Positions 1-8,379 of a stretch of 64,000 nucleotides of DNA are shown in pieces. The position numbers and the translations under genes are program-made. Position 1 is the stretch's first letter. Each line of letters starts with the position of its first letter. The DNA comes from an uncultured Candidatus Saccharibacteria bacterium. GTDB taxonomy: Bacteria > Patescibacteriota > Minisyncoccia > Phycocordibacterales > UBA2100. The notes beneath the pieces are model-generated. The model had not been told where the DNA came from. It worked only from the letters and a program-made list of their open reading frames with translations, and searched no databases. Location of the stretch: positions 3,890-67,889 of the forward strand of contig CAYNND010000006.1 in assembly GCA_964398775.1 (NCBI GenBank), written 5' to 3'.

Positions 1-20
1 CTGCGGCATCAGAAGGTACG

Positions 21-791
21 GTGCAGCGTCGCTTCAAAGTCGTGGCTGCGCTCTATCAACAAATATCTGAACCACTCAACAGAAAAAAACTGAATGAAGT
101 AAGTAACGACATCGTGCCACCACGCTTCGATTCAATTCCTGAAGAGCGATTGTTTAGTATCGAAAAGTCTGAGCACGGTATCACGCGCGAACATAGGCAG
201 CGATGGTACTTCTATCCTGATAGTGATGGTGTCACGACGTATCGATATACTGAGCGCACGCTACTCCAAAAAGGTTTTGTGTTGGCGTCGAGCACTGATG
301 ACCCATACAGTGTCTTTACTCGCACGAAGCAGGGCGTAACTGTGACGCTATATATGAATAAGCCGTATACATGGGCGCATGAAGGTAACACACAACTTGA
401 TGAAGTGTTGAGCGGTGTGCCACTCCATGGCGCAGCGCTTCGCTCTCATACACCTCGAGCAGCTGAATTTTTTGCCGCACTTGCTGCGAGTAAGCATGAT
501 GCACTCAGTTTCATCTTCCTTGGTTCGTGTAATGGCACGCAAGACATACAGCGAGCAGCAACTCTGACAAAAGCAGAACATCCAATACATATGATCGCTT
601 CAGAAAAAGAAGGCAAGTTAATCAGCAATGCACACTTGCTTGGGTATATTCTTGATGATGTGCAGCATCGTCGAGTGTTGGTATGGGATACGCTTTGGCA
701 TCGTGCGGGTATGAAAACTAAAGATATGAATTACCAAAAACCTTCACTCAACATTCCACTATTATTCACGTATGCAATGAGGCAAAAATAA
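21..791 (+). CDS. hypothetical protein. Probably 5'-partial: the frame is open back to the window start.
   Basis: Long ORF ends at 791 and is followed by a stem-loop/T-run terminator. No stop codon between position 3 and 21 in frame. No recognisable motif. Confidence 0.45.
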   Translation: MQRRFKVVAALYQQISEPLNRKKLNEVSNDIVPPRFDSIPEERLFSIEKSEHGITREHRQRWYFYPDSDGVTTYRYTERTLLQKGFVLASSTDDPYSVFTRTKQGVTVTLYMNKPYTWAHEGNTQLDEVLSGVPLHGAALRSHTPRAAEFFAALAASKHDALSFIFLGSCNGTQDIQRAATLTKAEHPIHMIASEKEGKLISNAHLLGYILDDVQHRRVLVWDTLWHRAGMKTKDMNYQKPSLNIPLLFTYAMRQK

Positions 792-792
792 A

Positions 793-816
793 GCCGCACG
801 CGCGGTTTTTTTGCCA
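793..816. terminator. bidirectional intrinsic terminator
   Basis: aaaGCCGCACGCGCGGttttttt: GC stem flanked by an A-run and a T-run. Sits between convergent ORFs (21-791 + and 853-1128 -). Confidence 0.5.
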
Positions 817-852
817 GGGGGCCGTTTTCCTTGCGGAGCGTACCCCCTTCTG

Positions 853-1128
853 TCATGTTCTCGGGGCTGCATCAGCAGTTTGTCTCGACTTTCGCCGCTG
901 GAGCGCAACTTGTACGCACGAAGCCCTTGCGGACTCGAGCGCCTGGAGCGACGTTCCGGGTGTCGGGACGAAGGTGTGGTCGTGGACGGTATAATGCACA
1001 CCTTGGTATAACCCTTTCTGCGCGATGCATCCAAGGAAGAATCTCCACTCTTCCTCGGCGTCCTGGGCGTTAACCCAGCCGATAGGCAACAGTGCGGTGA
1101 GGAGAACCGCGGCTTTGAGCGTGCGCAT
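853..1128 (-). CDS. small secreted protein (about 92 aa) with a Sec signal peptide. An alternative ncRNA reading is given in findings.
   Basis: From the internal Met: MRTLKAAVLLTALLPIGWVNA|QDAEEEW..., a classic n-h-c signal with an AxA site. GGAG 13 nt upstream of the ATG. Region is unusually GC-rich (about 60-65%). Confidence 0.4.
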   Translation of the reverse strand: MRTLKAAVLLTALLPIGWVNAQDAEEEWRFFLGCIAQKGLYQGVHYTVHDHTFVPTPGTSLQALESARASCVQVALQRRKSRQTADAAPRT

Positions 1129-1334
1129 GGCGCAGCCCTTTCTCCCAGGACAAGGCCCCCTGGGTGGGGAGGAAGCTCGGGTGAGCAACCTCGAAATATC
1201 TTCAATTTGAATGCATTTCGAGTGCGCTCTTCAGCATCATGACATGAAACTTTAAATCTTTCAAGTCAAGCTTAGTTTACTGGTTTGGGGATAAACAACG
1301 ACATACTTAGACACTTAGGTAGTAAAATATTGTA

Positions 1335-3881
1335 ATGATAGAAAAAATAAGTGTTGTTTTTGCTGTAATAACAATGCTTATTTTCACTGTAGCTCATGCG
1401 GCTCTCCCCGATATAACCACTACAACCGTAAGGCCCGCACCAGTCACTTCACCACTTGTGCCTGCTCCTGCACCAGCAGCATCTGACAAGAACAAAGAAG
1501 ACGATGTTGCTAAAAAACGCAGAGAATGCGACTCGCAACTTCAGGTTGCGCAGAAAAAATGCGCTGATGATAAAAAATTAAAGACAGTTGATGCTGGTAA
1601 GCTCAAATTAGCGTGTGAAAATGGTACGATACCAGAACGACATCGTCTTACAACAAGTACTGCTAAAGCAAACAAAGATGAGAAGGCGCCAATTAATTGT
1701 GTGACGCAAGAGTCTGAGAAAAAGAAACTTAAAGGTAAGTGTAATTGTAAAACGGGCTCTACATCTTCTTCACTTATCGACGAGTCCCTCGTAAAAGCTG
1801 CAAAAATTAATTGTTATGGCGTTGAAAATAAAGTTGTAACGATATGTAATGAGGATGACAGTAAGCTCTGCGAACAACGTGCGCGCATGAGTGGTGTACC
1901 AGAAAAGGATATTCCCAGTCAATGCGCAAGGCGTATTCAGGTTGCAAGTAATACCACCGGTACGATGACGGATGCTTCACCTGGAGCCCCAGATGATAAA
2001 AAAAAGGAAAAAGATATTTTAAAAACTACAACGGCAGCAGCTGCTCCACCCGCTCCAGCTGCAAAACCTGAACAACCAAAGATAGATAAAACTGGAACAG
2101 GGGTTGCCCCAGCACCACAGCAACCTCCAAGAGATATCACGAGAACAACCACTGCGGTATCTGCGCAGTCAGTGCAGCAGCCAGCTCAACAAACCCCAAG
2201 AGATGTCACAAGAACAACCACAGATACAGCAGCTCCATTTGTTGCTTCAAATCAGCAAGGTCCTGCTGCTCAAACACCGTCAGCGCAAACCCCATCTGCA
2301 CCAGCTGCACAACAGGCTCCAGTACAGCAGCCATATCAAACAGGAAACCAGCAGCAACAGCCAACCGGAGTTCAAACAGGGAGGCAGCAGCGTGATTATG
2401 CTTCACCACAGCGCGACTATAGCTCAGCACCTCGAGTGGCACAGGCGACCCCACAACGTGAATCATGGCTCAGTTCGTGGCTTTCCCCTCGACAAGAGTC
2501 ACAAGCGCCACAACAAGCTCCCGTTGTAATCAACAACAATAATGCGCAGCCATGGTTCATAGCAGAAATGAAGCGCATGGAGGATGCGCGACTTAAAGCT
2601 GAGCTCGAAAAGAAGCAGATTGCTGATACCCTAAAACGAGAAGCAGAGGCAAAACAAAAAGCTGAAAAAGAAAAAAAGCTCGCGAAGAATACATCTGCCA
2701 CTAAGTTATCAAAAACGCAGAAGAATACTGAAGAGTCAGTGTCAGATATTGACCCGCAAACAACATTTCTAAAGGCGCTTATGGATGCCCCGTCTCTTGA
2801 GGAGGTGGCAAAGCAGTACGAAGAGGAACAACAAAAAGAACGGGAAGCGTATGCAAAGGAGCAAACAAAGACGACAACGATTGCGCAGCGCCCTGCACCG
2901 ACGCAGCCGTCAGCTGAAGTGAAAGAAACGAAAGTGGTAATTGAGGAAAAGATTGAGCAAAGGCAGCGTGTTGCACAGCAGACACAGCGGCGTGTTCAGC
3001 CAACGTACTCGGACATTGCGCCATTTACGCAAGACGCTCAAAATGCAAAAGGTGAAAATAATGTACCACAGAAAAGTAGCCTCGTAAGCATGCTTGACCA
3101 AGAGGCAATCAAGAAAGGTATACCTGCGCCTCGTATTCAGGAGATTCCACTCCCTGAGAAAATTGCGTTTACTCGAACGTCATACACAGTCGTTGTCCCG
3201 ACCATACGTCAGACCATCAAGACAATTATGCGTGCATATGAGAAAGGTGAACTGAGTCAGCTTGAGCGAGACAGGCATGCGACACAACTTGTTGCCCTCT
3301 CAGAGCAATTGGCGGGTTCGGCGTACGGAGCTGACTTCGACACTACACAGGTTCTCAATGACGCAGCACGTGCGACAGAGTTGACAGCTTTCATGATTGC
3401 TGAGCATGCAGATAATAAAGCAATCAGTGATTCTTTGTATGGCGTCTTTGCGACACTCACTCCACTTACAAAATCAGAACCTGTCGCGCTCACTCCTCCA
3501 ACTGGTTCTCTGAAAGAATGGTCTGAACAACACTTCGCGCTCATTAAGTACAAGATTGAAACTGCGATGGAGGATACACAGAGCGAAAAAGCAAAAGAAC
3601 TGTATAGTAAAGCGCTGAGTTTGGTGAAGTCTGCAGAATTGTATAAAGATAGTGATCAGCAATACTGGAACTCTTCAGCAGACATAAAAGAAGCCGTTCG
3701 AACATTGAGTCTTGCAACAGCTCTTGATAGGGCAAGTAAGGAACCAGCAACACTCGAAGATACTCAAACACAAGAGCAGAAATCAGCAGTACAAAAAGCA
3801 AAAACGCGAGAAGCACTCCTGAAAGATAAGGGACAAGAAAAGGGTATATGGGGCTCTTTCCTCAATATGCTAGGGCTGTAG
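1335..3881 (+). CDS. large secreted or surface protein. N-terminal signal anchor, a Cys-rich domain, a P/Q/T/A-rich repetitive linker, a KAEKE coiled-coil and a C-terminal globular region.
   Basis: 848-aa ORF. N-terminal hydrophobic segment MIEKISVVFAVITMLIFTVAHA. More than 14 Cys in the first 200 aa. Repeats PRD(I/V)TRTTT x2 and QRDYxSxP x2. Lys/Glu-rich heptad-like stretch. Followed by a terminator. Confidence 0.7.
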   Translation: MIEKISVVFAVITMLIFTVAHAALPDITTTTVRPAPVTSPLVPAPAPAASDKNKEDDVAKKRRECDSQLQVAQKKCADDKKLKTVDAGKLKLACENGTIPERHRLTTSTAKANKDEKAPINCVTQESEKKKLKGKCNCKTGSTSSSLIDESLVKAAKINCYGVENKVVTICNEDDSKLCEQRARMSGVPEKDIPSQCARRIQVASNTTGTMTDASPGAPDDKKKEKDILKTTTAAAAPPAPAAKPEQPKIDKTGTGVAPAPQQPPRDITRTTTAVSAQSVQQPAQQTPRDVTRTTTDTAAPFVASNQQGPAAQTPSAQTPSAPAAQQAPVQQPYQTGNQQQQPTGVQTGRQQRDYASPQRDYSSAPRVAQATPQRESWLSSWLSPRQESQAPQQAPVVINNNNAQPWFIAEMKRMEDARLKAELEKKQIADTLKREAEAKQKAEKEKKLAKNTSATKLSKTQKNTEESVSDIDPQTTFLKALMDAPSLEEVAKQYEEEQQKEREAYAKEQTKTTTIAQRPAPTQPSAEVKETKVVIEEKIEQRQRVAQQTQRRVQPTYSDIAPFTQDAQNAKGENNVPQKSSLVSMLDQEAIKKGIPAPRIQEIPLPEKIAFTRTSYTVVVPTIRQTIKTIMRAYEKGELSQLERDRHATQLVALSEQLAGSAYGADFDTTQVLNDAARATELTAFMIAEHADNKAISDSLYGVFATLTPLTKSEPVALTPPTGSLKEWSEQHFALIKYKIETAMEDTQSEKAKELYSKALSLVKSAELYKDSDQQYWNSSADIKEAVRTLSLATALDRASKEPATLEDTQTQEQKSAVQKAKTREALLKDKGQEKGIWGSFLNMLGL

Positions 3882-3931
3882 AAGCTTTACTCGCAGTATC
3901 ATCTATACTGACAAGCAACTCTGACTAACAC

Positions 3932-3953
3932 AAAACGCCCAAAGGGCGTTTTG
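3932..3953. terminator. bidirectional intrinsic terminator between the 1335-3881 gene and tRNA-His
   Basis: aaaaCGCCCaaaGGGCGtttt: perfect 5-bp GC stem, A-run 5' and T-run 3'. Confidence 0.55.
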
Positions 3954-3956
3954 TTC

Positions 3957-4032
3957 TGGGGTGGCCATCGGGAATCGAACCCGAATTAAAGGCTCCACAA
4001 GCCTCTGTGTTAACCGTTACACCATGGCCACC
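3957..4032 (-). tRNA. tRNA-His (anticodon GTG). The extra 5' G(-1) and the 3' CCA are genome-encoded.
   Basis: Reverse complement folds as a cloverleaf. Acceptor gGUGGCCA/UGGCCAC. D-stem GUGU/ACAC. Anticodon stem GAGGC/GCCUU with loop UUGUGGA. T-arm UCGGG-UUCGAUU-CCCGA, then C73-CCA. Confidence 0.85.
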
Positions 4033-4095
4033 AATGCGTGGATTTATAGCATTTTTTGCTACAAGTTACAATTTTTACAAAGTAACATCAAATGC

Positions 4096-4124
4096 TTGAC
4101 TTTTTAGATGAGATTTTTATTATA
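4096..4124 (+). promoter_or_regulatory. sigma70-like promoter candidate
   Basis: TTGACT, 16-17 nt spacer, TATTAT(A), upstream of ORFs at 4151/4197. Confidence 0.35.
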
Positions 4125-4196
4125 TTTTCGGAAGGGTATGTCTTCCAGGCATGAGGGAAACCTCAGATGATTATTTAGTAATATGTAATTATCGCT

Positions 4197-4586
4197 ATGG
4201 AATTGTATTCACAGGCAGTATCATTTATTGGTTTGCACGAAAAGAAGCTCCTATGGAGTATTGTAGCGTGCAGTGTACTCATAAATATCTATATGGGTTT
4301 GTACGTATGGCGCACCTCGGAGCCACATCCTGCATACATGGCTCCACCTGAACGTATGGCACCACGAGAAGAGCGATTGAATGCTCCGTATGGGTATCGA
4401 ACAGAAGTACGCACTGTTTACGACGGTGCCAATGCTCGCACATACACTGATTCAGTACCACTTACAGAAGCAGAAATACTGAACATGCGGGGGCGCATGC
4501 TTGAGCGTGACCGAATATTGCATGAGCATTTTAGAAAGCAGGAACAGTTATTCCAAGACTTGTGGAATTCATTTCCACGATGGTAA
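4197..4586 (+). CDS. hypothetical small membrane-anchored protein
   Basis: 129-aa ORF with one TM-like segment LLWSIVACSVLINIYMGLYVW. Start choice is uncertain: an overlapping 66-aa ORF at 4151 has a better SD. Confidence 0.35.
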   Translation: MELYSQAVSFIGLHEKKLLWSIVACSVLINIYMGLYVWRTSEPHPAYMAPPERMAPREERLNAPYGYRTEVRTVYDGANARTYTDSVPLTEAEILNMRGRMLERDRILHEHFRKQEQLFQDLWNSFPRW

Positions 4587-4597
4587 TAAGATAAAAC

Positions 4598-5047
4598 ATG
4601 AATAATACACCAACACACCGTGAACATAATCGTTCAATTTTCGACTCATTTTTTGACGATACGTTCTTTGAGCCAATGTTTACTGTCAGGCCGTTGCAAA
4701 CAATGCAGCGCATGCACACGTTCCCAAAGATTGACGTAGAGGAGCATGATCATGAATACGTAATAAAAGCGAACATCCCGGGTATTGAGCCAAAAGATGT
4801 TCACATTGAGGCAACCGAAGATGGTCTCTATATCTCAGGAACCTACTCGCGCGAGGAACGCAAAGAAGAAAAAGGCAAGCTGTCTCACTATGAACGGGAA
4901 TCCGGCTCATTTGCGCGACATATACCACTTGGTGCTGCTCTTAACAGCGATGGTATACGTGCACAGGCGAAGCATGGAGTCTATACAATCACAGTACCCA
5001 AGGCACAACATTCAAAAAAGAAAAAGATCGAGATTGAAACAGAATAA
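4598..5047 (+). CDS. Hsp20/alpha-crystallin family small heat-shock protein
   Basis: ACD-like motifs: VIKANIPGIEPKDVHIEATEDGLYISG...HYERESGSFARHIPL...GVYTITVPK. 149 aa. Confidence 0.8.
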   Translation: MNNTPTHREHNRSIFDSFFDDTFFEPMFTVRPLQTMQRMHTFPKIDVEEHDHEYVIKANIPGIEPKDVHIEATEDGLYISGTYSREERKEEKGKLSHYERESGSFARHIPLGAALNSDGIRAQAKHGVYTITVPKAQHSKKKKIEIETE

Positions 5048-5055
5048 CTAGCACT

Positions 5056-5433
5056 TTACTGCAATGCACGCCGTGTCATCGCGACATCGGCGTGCATTTG
5101 TTGTGTGAGTGTTTCGGCATCTTTAAATGTTGCGATATCACGGATAAATGCGACGTGTGTGCATGCAATGGGGGTGTTGTGTGGAGTAGGAGAAAGGTCT
5201 GTGACGTCGAGCAAATACACTTCGAGCTGTTCGGTCGTTATACCAAAGGTAATTGGAGGGCCGAAGTAGAGTGCTGCGGAATAGGTCGCTCCTTGCAATG
5301 TTACGCGCGCAGCATAAATACCTCTTTTTTCGTTGAGTAGTGCATCAGGAATCTCCATATTAATAGTTGGAAATCCAAGCGTTTTTCCTCTACCAAAGCC
5401 AGGTTTCGTAGTTGTGTTATAGGTAATCATCAT
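5056..5433 (-). CDS. monofunctional riboflavin kinase (RibF C-terminal-domain type)
   Basis: GFGRGKTLGFPTINM resembles the riboflavin kinase GxGRGxxLGFPTAN motif. 125 aa. Confidence 0.6.
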   Translation of the reverse strand: MMITYNTTTKPGFGRGKTLGFPTINMEIPDALLNEKRGIYAARVTLQGATYSAALYFGPPITFGITTEQLEVYLLDVTDLSPTPHNTPIACTHVAFIRDIATFKDAETLTQQMHADVAMTRRALQ

Positions 5434-6340
5434 GCGCAGTGTTGCTGACTTGTATCATGGCGTACAGGAGCACGATGGCTGCAATGTACTGAGTGAAGTG
5501 CAGTACTGAGTCATATAATACTACATCAATAATCACAGCGATAAGCGGGAATGCGAGTTCAAGAATCGTAGCAACGCGCACTGGAGTTTTCTCAAGTCCT
5601 TTGTAGTACAAAAAGAGTGCAACCATACCTGTAGAAAGCGCAATTGTGAGCAGAATGACGATATCCATACCTGTAACCGAGGCGAGTGATGAGACATGAC
5701 CCATTCCTACAATAAAAAATGGCGCAAAGAGGGCAGTGGCGATAAAACGAAGCGCAGTTGCGTTGACGGCTCCATGCATGAGGGTCAGTCTGCGAGAAAA
5801 CGCTGTGCTACTACCCCAGAGCAGCGCCGCACCAAGTGCAAATAATGCCGCAATCATTGTCCCGTCACCAGTGTTTAGATTTACAATGCCGAGTGGGAAT
5901 GTGACAAAAAATGCTGCAATAAGTGCCAGTGCTGCCCATGGCATAAAGTGCTTCGGCAGTGTTTCTTTAAGCACAATCCATCCAAAAAGTATTGCAAACA
6001 GAGGCTGGAGTTTCTGAAGAAGAAAGACTACGGAGAAAGGTATGAACTGTGTCGCGAGCAGTGCTTGCGTAAAGAACAATGTTCCCAAGATGCCCGAGAA
6101 GAGTGCTACACCCGCGATTAAGACAAGAGAAGTGCGGTCTAGATGTATTTTTCTTAAGCTGTTCCAGCAGAATAGTGCAATGAGGAGTGCGCCTATCCAA
6201 TGTTCAATTGAGATTATGGTTATAGCAGGGAGGTGATAGAGGCTGCGGCGGAGTATTCCATCAAGCGCCCAGAGCGCGGCGGCTGAAAGTATGAGTAGTG
6301 AGGAGTGGGAAATAAATGCGCCCCGTGTGTGAGATATCAT
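5417..6340 (-). CDS. EamA/DMT-family 10-TM transporter
   Basis: 307 aa, about 10 hydrophobic helices in two repeated halves. Overlaps the downstream gene by 17 nt. Confidence 0.55.
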   Translation of the reverse strand: MISHTRGAFISHSSLLILSAAALWALDGILRRSLYHLPAITIISIEHWIGALLIALFCWNSLRKIHLDRTSLVLIAGVALFSGILGTLFFTQALLATQFIPFSVVFLLQKLQPLFAILFGWIVLKETLPKHFMPWAALALIAAFFVTFPLGIVNLNTGDGTMIAALFALGAALLWGSSTAFSRRLTLMHGAVNATALRFIATALFAPFFIVGMGHVSSLASVTGMDIVILLTIALSTGMVALFLYYKGLEKTPVRVATILELAFPLIAVIIDVVLYDSVLHFTQYIAAIVLLYAMIQVSNTAHDDYL

Positions 6341-6375
6341 CGCGTAATTGTAGCTTGCGCATGCGTGTATACAAG

Positions 6376-8379
6376 CTATTTCTGTGGTGGGATACTTCGC
6401 GCGTCAAGTTCATACATGTAAGTCCCATCAGTTAGGAGTGTTGCATGCGGGTCGACAATAACAGGGATACCGGCCTCTCGAGCCATAATTGCGAGATGTG
6501 ACAATGTGCTGCCTGTCGTCGCGATAATACCTGTGATAGACGGAAAGTATTGGACAAGGTCAGGCGAAAGAGCTGTTGTGAAGAGAATGTACTCTTTCTT
6601 TTGAGCAGGAGCTTGTCTTAGGTATGTTTCATCAACTACCAAACCGCGAGCATACCCATGCGCAATGATGCGGACCGTAGTGTCTGATCCAAGTGGCACA
6701 GTGCTCAGTGTGAGTGACGGCACGATAGGTAGGGATTGTTCTCTGTATATCAGTCGCTCTCGCAGTAGTGATTCAATCGCAGCACCATTCTCCAATTCTT
6801 CAAAGAGCATGTATGGCGCAAGCTCATGTGGAATCGAACAAGTATCTGCGATGTGCTCAGCGAAATGACGTGTGTGATGCGCACACCATGCGCTCCCACA
6901 GCGCGCTTCTTCTCGGAGTGTCAGGAGTGCAGCGAGATTTTTTGCGAGCTCTCGCGCAGTGTGGTCGGTATGTGCATGGACTGGAGCAAAATGTCTCTCA
7001 TTTCGTTCTGCGTGCATAAATGTACTGAGGTCTTCGATTGCAAGTGAATTACCTTGTGGGTACCGAGCGCGAAGTGCATATGGTGCCTGAGGAATTTCGG
7101 CAACACAGAGTGGAATCGATGTCTCTTTTCCTTTGAGATGAGCTTTTAGTTTTGATTCGGCGACAAATGCTAATATATTTATTGTAAAAACAACTTGGTA
7201 CACCTCATGCAGGAGTGCAGTAAGTTCTTGCCAAGAATGTATCTCTGCTGCTTCGCAGCGAGAGAGTGCCGATGCGAGCATGTCGCTCTGTATGGTAAAC
7301 GCTTCTGCACCGGTATCAATACGAGCAAATGCAGCACTATTTGTATAGGTACTCCAAAACCCACGCAGCGATGCGACATGTGGCGTCAAATTCGAACTTC
7401 CAAAGTACGAATGAGAAGGGAAAAAACTCCGCAACTCAGCTTCTTTATCAGTATATAGATATACACCAACGCAGGTAAAAGGTTCTTTCATGCTGATCTG
7501 TACGCCCTGCTGTTTATACGCAGCTTGGATGGGACCACGTTCGCTGTACAAATACGAGAGGAGTGAGTATGTAAGTGGTACAGGGTGAGGGTATGTTTCT
7601 GCAGGACCTGAGCGCTCAAGGTATATACGCTCGCCGCGCTCTTTTTCAAGTTTCACATACAAGTCATGTAACGCTGCTGAGACGGTAGTGATGGGGCGTG
7701 TCTGTACGATATGTACGCGGACTCCGTCGTACACCCACTCAATATCTTGTGGGCACGCATATGTCGCTTCGAGAGAGAAACCAGTCGACACAATGGAGTG
7801 CATCCACGAAAATGGCAATTGCTTTGTGTTGTTTCGGTGGAAGGTACATTCAGAACTATCAGTACCTGAGACAACATGTGGTGTCGCACCTTTTGACCAT
7901 GCCATCATGCTCATCAAGCCGCCGCGTGGGTCGCGAGTGAATAAGACACCTGTGTAGTGCGGAGTAATATAAGGTTGTATGAGGAGAGAAAACGAGGTGA
8001 ATCCAGCAAGTTTTTCCTGTGCATCTGTAAGGACTGTCGTAAGCGCTTGCGCGATATCTGCAGGTGTCTGTGCAACAGCGCTTGTGAACTGCCCTGCATG
8101 CGCGTGCTCTGCGCCATCTTCATGCAAGCCACTTGAGCGTATAATACAGGGTGTGTGAATAGATTGGAGTAATGCCTCTGAGAGTTGAGTGATGCCAGTA
8201 GCAATTGATGGTTCGCAGAGCGCAACAAGGTTGCATGCGCTGACGCCAAATACGGGGAGGCCCATACCACTTTTCATGAGTGGCAAGAGTCGTGTTGTTT
8301 TTGGTCCAAAATCCTGTGGGTGCGTTTGGATTGCTGCAGCGTCTTCTATGAGTGGATTCATATATCTAGAGTGATTCAA
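6376..8379 (-). CDS. PEP-utilising enzyme family protein. N-terminal pyruvate-phosphate-dikinase ATP-grasp domain and a C-terminal phospho-histidine mobile domain.
   Basis: IRSSGLHEDGAEHAHAGQF and GVLFTRDPRGG are PPDK_N-like. C-terminus TGSTLSHLAIMAREAGIPVIV is mobile-domain-like. 667 aa. Confidence 0.7.
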   Translation of the reverse strand: MNHSRYMNPLIEDAAAIQTHPQDFGPKTTRLLPLMKSGMGLPVFGVSACNLVALCEPSIATGITQLSEALLQSIHTPCIIRSSGLHEDGAEHAHAGQFTSAVAQTPADIAQALTTVLTDAQEKLAGFTSFSLLIQPYITPHYTGVLFTRDPRGGLMSMMAWSKGATPHVVSGTDSSECTFHRNNTKQLPFSWMHSIVSTGFSLEATYACPQDIEWVYDGVRVHIVQTRPITTVSAALHDLYVKLEKERGERIYLERSGPAETYPHPVPLTYSLLSYLYSERGPIQAAYKQQGVQISMKEPFTCVGVYLYTDKEAELRSFFPSHSYFGSSNLTPHVASLRGFWSTYTNSAAFARIDTGAEAFTIQSDMLASALSRCEAAEIHSWQELTALLHEVYQVVFTINILAFVAESKLKAHLKGKETSIPLCVAEIPQAPYALRARYPQGNSLAIEDLSTFMHAERNERHFAPVHAHTDHTARELAKNLAALLTLREEARCGSAWCAHHTRHFAEHIADTCSIPHELAPYMLFEELENGAAIESLLRERLIYREQSLPIVPSLTLSTVPLGSDTTVRIIAHGYARGLVVDETYLRQAPAQKKEYILFTTALSPDLVQYFPSITGIIATTGSTLSHLAIMAREAGIPVIVDPHATLLTDGTYMYELDARSIPPQK

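Noticed and set aside
872-1200. tmRNA on the + strand. GGGGCUGCAUCAGCAGUUUGUCUCGAC resembles the tmRNA 5' end GGGGCUG...UUCGAC.
   Set aside because: No tRNA-like 3' domain (no GGUUCGA T-loop or CUCCACCA) within 400 nt, no plausible tag ORF ending in LAA-stop, and the spacing is wrong.
815-1200. RNase P RNA. Partial resemblance to GGAGGAAAGUCCGGGCUCC and ACAGAACCCGGCUUA.
   Set aside because: Motifs occur in the wrong order or on a strand where the RNA would have to overlap flanking CDSs. P4 pairing cannot be drawn.
4151-4351. 66-aa ORF with a GGAAGGG SD, overlapping the 4197-4586 ORF in another frame
   Set aside because: Cannot decide between the two frames from sequence alone. The longer ORF with a TM helix was kept at low confidence.
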